DNA from: Acidobacteriota bacterium
GTDB lineage: Bacteria; Acidobacteriota; UBA6911
Direction of reading: 5' to 3'
Assembly: GCA_963664705.1 (NCBI GenBank)
Contig: OY761556.1
Span: 160,001 to 224,000, forward strand
Length of the DNA: 64,000 nucleotides
The stretch's first letter is position 1. Every line of letters starts with the position of its first letter. Of this stretch, positions 58,124-64,000 are shown one piece after another. A model generated the notes under the pieces. That model was not told the origin of the DNA. It saw only the letters and a program-made list of their open reading frames with translations, and did no database searches. Made by a program: the position numbers and the translations under genes.

Positions 58124-59564
58124 CATTCCAGGGGGAATAGATCTTGCAGTCGTGGGCTCGGGCGCGTCCGGTCTCGCCGCTGCACTCGAGGCGGCACAGA
58201 GGGGCGCGAAGGTGGCTGTTTTCGAAAAGCAGCCGACTCTCGGGGGAACCTCGAACTTCTTCGAAGGGATGTTTGCGGTTGGAAGCGGCATGCAAAAGGA
58301 GAAATACATCGCCTACTCCAGTGATCAGGCATTCAAGAACTTCATGGAATACAATCACTGGCTTGTAGAGGCGCGTCTGGTGCGTTCCCTGATCAACAGA
58401 TCTGCGGAAACAATCGACTGGCTCAGGAATCTGGGAGTGGAGTTCCTTGAGGTGACCATCAATATGCCCGATGCGCCGCGCACCTATCACGTGGTCAAAG
58501 GCAAAGGTCATGCGGTGGTTCAATCTCTGGTGCTCAAGGCGAAGGAAGCGGGGGTTTCGATCCGATCTGCGGCTCCGGTGAAGCGGATACTGAAGGGAAA
58601 GGACGGGCTGTCGGGCATCGTTGTTGAATTGGATGGAAGAGACACGGAGGTGGCCTGCAAGGCCGTCGTGATTGCAAGTGGCGGCTATGCGAATCATGCG
58701 GAGTGGATCAAGAAATATACAGGCTTCGATCTGGGCCAGACGGTAACGCCCATGGGAAATGTGGGCAAGATGGGCGATGGCATCCGCATGGCCTGGGAGA
58801 TGGGGGCTGCCGCAGAAGGGATGGGAGTTCTTCATATGATTCGGGTGGCGCCGTTCGGGCCGGAATTTCCCTTCATGAATTCCGTGGAAGGAGCCGCCAT
58901 TCAGCCGGTCCTGTGGGTGGATCCCAGAGGCGAGCGGTTCTGCGATGAGGGGATCGCCTATTATGATACTTCCCTGGGAAATGTGAATAGCCGCTACAAA
59001 CAGGGATATACCTTCTGTATCTTTGATGACTCGATCAAAAGGCATTTTGTCGAGAAGGGAGTTTTTCGTGGGATGGGAACCGTTGTGCATCCCGGCAGCC
59101 TGCTGAGCGATTTGGAGGAACAACTGGACCGTTTCCTGGCTCTGAACTCAAAAGAGTTCTTTGGCGCGGATTCCATCGAGGAGCTTGCGCGAAAGATGGA
59201 AGTGGATCCCCGGGTGCTCAAAAGCACCATCGATAGGTACAACACATTTTGTGCCCGCGGATGGGATGCCGAATTTGCGAAGAACCCGGAGTATCTCCTG
59301 CCGCTTCATGGGCCTCGATTCTATGCGGCAAAAGCACGAACCTGTTTTCTGGGGACCATGGGAGGAATCAAAATTAATCACAGGACGGAAGCGGTAGATG
59401 AGTACGGTAATCCGATTGCTGGGCTTTATGCCGCAGGGCTCGATGCGGGCGGACTGCATGCGGAGAGTTACAGTATGCGGGATACTTCCGGCATAGCATC
59501 GGCTTTTGCTGTAATCTCCGGCCGCGTGGCGGGGGAGAATGCGGCAAAATTCCTTGCCTGCTAA
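58116..59564 (+). CDS. FAD-dependent oxidoreductase (flavocytochrome c/fumarate reductase flavoprotein family)
   Basis: VGSGASG, GGTS, ASGGY, GDG, GERF, GTMGG, GLYAAG. Confidence 0.9.
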   Translation: MNDIPGGIDLAVVGSGASGLAAALEAAQRGAKVAVFEKQPTLGGTSNFFEGMFAVGSGMQKEKYIAYSSDQAFKNFMEYNHWLVEARLVRSLINRSAETIDWLRNLGVEFLEVTINMPDAPRTYHVVKGKGHAVVQSLVLKAKEAGVSIRSAAPVKRILKGKDGLSGIVVELDGRDTEVACKAVVIASGGYANHAEWIKKYTGFDLGQTVTPMGNVGKMGDGIRMAWEMGAAAEGMGVLHMIRVAPFGPEFPFMNSVEGAAIQPVLWVDPRGERFCDEGIAYYDTSLGNVNSRYKQGYTFCIFDDSIKRHFVEKGVFRGMGTVVHPGSLLSDLEEQLDRFLALNSKEFFGADSIEELARKMEVDPRVLKSTIDRYNTFCARGWDAEFAKNPEYLLPLHGPRFYAAKARTCFLGTMGGIKINHRTEAVDEYGNPIAGLYAAGLDAGGLHAESYSMRDTSGIASAFAVISGRVAGENAAKFLAC

Positions 59565-60353
59565 ATCAACCGGGAACGCCGGCTTTTCGTCGGCAAGGTC
59601 AGTGGTCGCTTCCACGACGCTGATGCCGCCGTCTCTATTATTTGCCCAGGAAGCTGGAAGCGCATTGCATCTCAGCCCCAGCGGGGCGTTCAGAAAGTAG
59701 CCGGGGGTGAGCGCTTTTTGCGAACCCCCGGATAGCATAAAAGTAGAAGGAGCCCCGGAGGAGGCGAAAGCCCGTTTCTGTCGCCCTGCCAGGGCTCTTT
59801 CCCGCGCATGTCTCTACCGGGGGTTCGCTGTGCTTCACCCCCGGCTACGATCTTTCGGCCCTCCGGGCCTGTTGCTTTACTCGCGTCGCAGGGCCCAAAG
59901 CAAATAGTAAGCAGTATTGGCGAGATGTTGGCTCGACCCGAAATGAAGTCGAGGCTCACCGGGAACGCCGGCTTTTCGTCGACAAGGTCAGTGGTCGCTT
60001 CCACGACGCTGATGCCGCCGTCTCTATTATTTGCCCAGGAAGCTGGAAGCGCGTTGCATCTCAGCCCCAGCGGGGCGTTCAGAAAGTAGCCGGGGGTGAG
60101 CGCTTTTTGCGAACCCCCGGATAGGATTAGTCATGTAACAAGCCCTGACGGGGCGGCAGAATGCTGATCTTTCGCCCCTAGCCGGGGCTCTTTCCCGTGC
60201 ATATCTCTACCGGGGGTTCGCTGTGCTTCACCCCCGGCTACGATCTTTCGGCCCTCCGGGCCCTGGACTTTGGACATTTGCGTATGTTAAGTTGTTATTT
60301 GCTATACATACATACGCAGTTGTGGCATTATCTCTGCAACGGAGGTTAATGCC

Positions 60354-60707
60354 ATGAAGAAACTAGATCCGCTAGAACTACAAGATCCGATCCAACTCGC
60401 TGTGCTTAATGCCTTCGAGGTGGCACTCGATGCCCAGCTACGTGCAATTCGAAAGTTAAAGAATCCCGATTCCGTGAAAGAGCAGCGTACGGCAGGGAGT
60501 ATGTCACAGATCGATATGGTATACGACATACTTCAACGGGCAGGCAAGCCGCTACATATTACGGAAATCCTGGAACGTATTGAGAAGGTCTTTGGTAAAC
60601 AACTGGATAGAGAGTCCGTGGTCTCATCCTTAGTGAAAAAGGTACGTCGCCACGATCGCTTTCTGCGAACGGACAAGAACGTCTTTGCTCTGAAGCAAGG
60701 AGAGTGA
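60354..60707 (+). CDS. IS-borne winged-helix-like protein
   Basis: GGAGG RBS; VYDILQRAGKPLHITEILERI; GTGA overlap with the transposase. Confidence 0.8.
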   Translation: MKKLDPLELQDPIQLAVLNAFEVALDAQLRAIRKLKNPDSVKEQRTAGSMSQIDMVYDILQRAGKPLHITEILERIEKVFGKQLDRESVVSSLVKKVRRHDRFLRTDKNVFALKQGE

Positions 60708-62083
60708 TCATGCTGCTGCCCTTCTACCGTTCCTTGTTGGAGCAGAGTTGGAAGGATGTTTTTAAGCAAGCACGGACACTGAAGCGAGGAATTGACCACG
60801 CTTTGACGTGGCCTTCGGCCTTGGGTCGAAGGACGATCTCGCAGATGATCTGTGTGCAAGGGCGGAATCAGGAAGACTGGAGCGCAGATTACAAGTTTTA
60901 CTCGCGTAGTCATTGGGACGAGCAGGCATTGTTTGACAGGATCTCTGAAGAATATCTGAATCGATATCCGAACAAGCCTGTGGTTCTAGCAGTAGATGAC
61001 ACTCGGATAGTAAAGAGCGGAAAAAAAATCCCAGGGGCCAGCTGGCAAAGAGATCCTTTGTCGCCTCCGTTTCAAGTAAACATGATTTGGGGGCTTCGGT
61101 TTCTGCAAGGATCCTTGCTGTTTCCGCACCATTGCGAGGGTGAATTCTCTGCGCGGGGTTATCCAGTGGCCTTTAGACACGTACCCGTCGTAAAGAAACC
61201 CGGGATCCGTGCCAGTGACCAGCAGCGAGAAGAATACAGGCGATTGAAAAATGCTAATAATCTTTCCACACAATCGTTGGAATGGATTCAAAACTACCGG
61301 AACCAGTTAGACAAGATGAAGGCAACAAATCGCACATTGCGAATCGTCGCAGATGCGAGCTTCTGTAACCGCTGTTTTTATAAAAACCCTCTCGACCGGA
61401 CAGAGTTGCTGACACGATGTCGGAAGGACGCCCGCCTGTGTTTCCCTGCACCCGAGGGCAGTGGCCGGCGATATAGTATCGACATCTTCTCTCCTAAGGA
61501 TGTCCTCGATTCCCAGCGCGCTGTTTTTAAATGGTGCAAAATCTGGATGGGCCAAAGAAGACGCCGTATTCGTTACAAGATAGTGGAAGCCGTTCTTTGG
61601 CGACGTGGGGCAGGCACTCGGCAATTGCGATTAATTGTTATTGCACCCATACCATATAAGCTCTCGCCCAATGCCTCCCGAAATTTTCGTCAGCCAGGTT
61701 ATTTGCTGTCGACCGACACCTACAGCCCCGTCCGAGACTTGATCCAAAGCTACTTTGATCGTTGGCAAATCGAAGTCAATCATAGAGACGAAAAAACTGT
61801 GCTTAGCGTCGGACAGGCTCAGGTCTGGTCGATGTCGTCCGTATCGAAACAGCCGGCCTTGACAGTAGCTTCGTATTCCATGCTTTTGCTGGCAGGGTTG
61901 CATTGTTTCGGGCCCGGTCGCGATTTTTGTCGCATCCCTCTTCCGAAATGGCGATCGAACAGTTCACGCGTTTCTTTGCTCGATTTACTGACCTTGCTAC
62001 GCACAGAAATCATTGAAACGTCTGTCAAGGAGCCCATTTATGCGAAAATGGCCCAAAATCTAACCATTTTCGCTAAAACATGA
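60704..62083 (+). CDS. DDE transposase
   Basis: AVDDT..KSG, VADASF, YFDRWQIEVNHRDEK (Y-2-R-3-E-6-K). Confidence 0.93.
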   Translation: MIMLLPFYRSLLEQSWKDVFKQARTLKRGIDHALTWPSALGRRTISQMICVQGRNQEDWSADYKFYSRSHWDEQALFDRISEEYLNRYPNKPVVLAVDDTRIVKSGKKIPGASWQRDPLSPPFQVNMIWGLRFLQGSLLFPHHCEGEFSARGYPVAFRHVPVVKKPGIRASDQQREEYRRLKNANNLSTQSLEWIQNYRNQLDKMKATNRTLRIVADASFCNRCFYKNPLDRTELLTRCRKDARLCFPAPEGSGRRYSIDIFSPKDVLDSQRAVFKWCKIWMGQRRRRIRYKIVEAVLWRRGAGTRQLRLIVIAPIPYKLSPNASRNFRQPGYLLSTDTYSPVRDLIQSYFDRWQIEVNHRDEKTVLSVGQAQVWSMSSVSKQPALTVASYSMLLLAGLHCFGPGRDFCRIPLPKWRSNSSRVSLLDLLTLLRTEIIETSVKEPIYAKMAQNLTIFAKT

Positions 62084-62565
62084 TTTGTTTTTGTCCAAAG
62101 TCCAGGGCCCTCCGGGCCTGTTGCTTTACTCGCGTCGCAGGGCCCAAAGCAAATAGTAAGCAGCATTGGCGAGATGTTGGCTCGACCCGAAATGAAGTCG
62201 AGGCTCACCGGGAACGCCGGCTTTTCGTCGGCAAGGTCAGTGGTCGCTTCCACGACGCTGATGATGCCGTCTCTATTATTTGCCCCGGAAGCTGGAAGCG
62301 CGTTGCATCTCAGCCCCAGCGGGGCGTTCAGAAAGTAGCCGGGGGTGAGCGCTTTTTGCGAACCCCCGGATAGGATAAAATTAGAAGGAGCCCCGGAGGA
62401 GGCGAAAGACTGTTTCTGTCGCCCTGCCAGGGCTCTTTCCCGCGCATATCTCTACCGGGGGTTCGCTGTGCTTCACCCCCGGCTACGATCTTTCGGCCCT
62501 CCGGGCCTGTTGCTTTACTCGCGTCGCAAGGCCCAAAGCAAATAGTAAGCAGCATAGGTGTCTTG

Positions 62566-64000
62566 CTACCTGCGCAGTTTGTAGTAATACCAGCCGTCTG
62601 TGCCTGCAGCCCCGGTACGGCCACCGGTGATGGAGTTATAACCACCCCAATAAAAGTCATACGGGCTTTGAGTCCTGTGATTGGAAACCTTCAGCGCGTA
62701 TGGATCCGTATCAAGCCTGGCCGCCTCCGCATCGGTCAGCGTTTGGGTGCCAAAGAAGAAATCACTCAGATATTTGCCTTCGACTGCGGCTGGGGCTGCG
62801 CCGTGCGGATCTCCCTTAGATACGTAATTGCCGTTATTGAACTTGACGAAATTGCTGCCATTGGCGCCCAATGCTCTGTAAACGCTCTTTGCGATTTCCA
62901 GGCTCAGGTTGTCTGTCATCGCTCCGTCATTATAGTCGTTGAGGTTTGTATCAATGATGATCGCACGATCAGGTGCGAGAGTAGCTACAAGCAAAGCCTG
63001 GTCGAACGGAAGCCTGCTATAACCGCCATAGCCGTAAGAACCCTCTTCATGCGGATACATGTGACCATAGGGCATGAAGTGGCGGAACAGTTCGGTTTCA
63101 CGAACGCGGTTATGCCGATAGCTGTTGCCGGGTCCTTCCGTGCCATGAGCAATAATGCTTTCTGCGCCGGCGCTATAGAACAGGGTATCGCTGAAATCGT
63201 ACTCCTGCCCCTGGGCGTTATAGCGCCAGTTGGCTGGGCCGGTGGCTCCAGCCCCGCCGCAGACGACCACCTTTACTCGTTCGTCGAACACCCCCGCCAC
63301 AAAGGCATTTTTGCCGCCAATGGAGAAACCCTTCGTAATCGCACGGGCAGGATCGATTTTGGCCGCCAGTTGAGGATTCTGGTTTGCCGCCACCTGCAGT
63401 ATATCCAGATAGACAGAGACGGCCGTGGCGCTTGCGATCAGGATGCTGGAATCCGCGGAAGTGCTGTTGCGAGTATAGGGAAAGATCTTGTAAAACAAAC
63501 CGGTGCGATTAGGATTGCCCCATGCGCCGGCATCGGTGCGAGTATCCCAAGCCCAGTTGGGGAACGCAATACTCGCGATGCCATTGGCTGTCCAGCTCCC
63601 GCCAAAGGAGATGGGGGCTTTTCGGCCTTCAGGAATATTTGACGGTAGCGTCACCGATATCGCCACATCCTGAGCAGTGCCACCCGCAAAATGAATATTT
63701 GTGGGTGAAATGCGTGCGCTGATACTGGGATTGCCGGAGCCATTATAGCTGTTATCTGTGATTGTAATGGTGTAGTCCGCTCCCAGCCTGGGCTTATAGC
63801 CATATTCATAGAACTGGGCCAATTCCAGAATTTCCTGTTTGCGTTCGGCCCACTCCCTCTTGCCGGCGACCATGCCCCGGACTCCCTTTGTCTTGTCGAA
63901 AAACTGCCAGATATTCGGAAGTGTAGGGATGGCAGGCAAGTCATGCGGATCCGGATACCTCGTGTCCGCCCATCTCAATCCTGCAAAGGCCCGGCAGACC
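62566..64000 (-). CDS. CE15 (glucuronoyl esterase)-like alpha/beta hydrolase, 5' end probably outside the window
   Basis: EWAERKQEI..FYEYG, GFSIGGK, AGVFDERV, LPFDQ..LAP; the frame stays open to 64000. Confidence 0.75.
   Translation of the reverse strand, partial: VCRAFAGLRWADTRYPDPHDLPAIPTLPNIWQFFDKTKGVRGMVAGKREWAERKQEILELAQFYEYGYKPRLGADYTITITDNSYNGSGNPSISARISPTNIHFAGGTAQDVAISVTLPSNIPEGRKAPISFGGSWTANGIASIAFPNWAWDTRTDAGAWGNPNRTGLFYKIFPYTRNSTSADSSILIASATAVSVYLDILQVAANQNPQLAAKIDPARAITKGFSIGGKNAFVAGVFDERVKVVVCGGAGATGPANWRYNAQGQEYDFSDTLFYSAGAESIIAHGTEGPGNSYRHNRVRETELFRHFMPYGHMYPHEEGSYGYGGYSRLPFDQALLVATLAPDRAIIIDTNLNDYNDGAMTDNLSLEIAKSVYRALGANGSNFVKFNNGNYVSKGDPHGAAPAAVEGKYLSDFFFGTQTLTDAEAARLDTDPYALKVSNHRTQSPYDFYWGGYNSITGGRTGAAGTDGWYYYKLRR

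Larger units (their letters stand above)
60263..62105 (+). mobile_element. Insertion sequence (IS4-superfamily, IS701-like), two ORFs
   Basis: Terminal IR CTGGACTTTGGACA / TGTCCAAAGTCCAG, flanked by the direct repeat GGCCCTCCGGGCC (60250-60262 and 62106-62118). Confidence 0.93.
59569..62555. repeat. Tandem array of three ~389-bp units containing inverted GTAG-type REP-like pairs; unit 2 is split by an IS
   Basis: ACCGGGAACGCC recurs at 59569, 59958 and 62207. Each unit has GTAGCCGGGGGTGAG..AACCCCCGG and its inverted copy. Confidence 0.92.

Noticed and set aside
59569-62555. CRISPR array
   Set aside because: Units are ~389 bp and nearly identical, with no unique spacers and no cas genes.

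Overview
Bacterial chromosomal window, probably from an anaerobe with an outer membrane (Acidobacteriota-like by gene style; this is inference only). About 47 kb (1-47.6 kb) is a coherent molybdenum/tungsten aldehyde-oxidation island. Uptake block: three FecB/FecCD-type ABC sets, a TonB-dependent receptor, a diheme protein, a radical SAM enzyme, a DUF364-like protein, two methyltransferases and a deaminase. Enzymes: a classical tungsten AOR with MoaD, a probably Tat-exported AOR-like enzyme, an NAD(P) ALDH and two divergent xanthine-oxidase-family aldehyde oxidoreductases. Accessory genes: an excisionase-HTH/PBP regulator (TaoR-like), tupABC plus a variant TupA, MobA, a SufS/SufU-like pair, the DVU_1553-1558-like cluster and XdhC. 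Non-coding signals read directly from the sequence: (i) 10-bp-phased ATAACAA-like repeats in at least five intergenic regions, (ii) a promoter-plus-terminator unit with no convincing ORF (candidate ~70-nt sRNA), and (iii) a 195-bp collapsed remnant of an AOR-like paralog. The rest of the window holds an MshEN-GT2 operon, an ECF/anti-sigma locus, CZB-SDR-flavoprotein genes, a three-unit ~389-bp REP-like tandem array interrupted by a two-ORF IS, and a partial CE15-like esterase. No rRNA, tRNA or CRISPR array was seen. All family calls come from motif recognition by eye, not from database searches.
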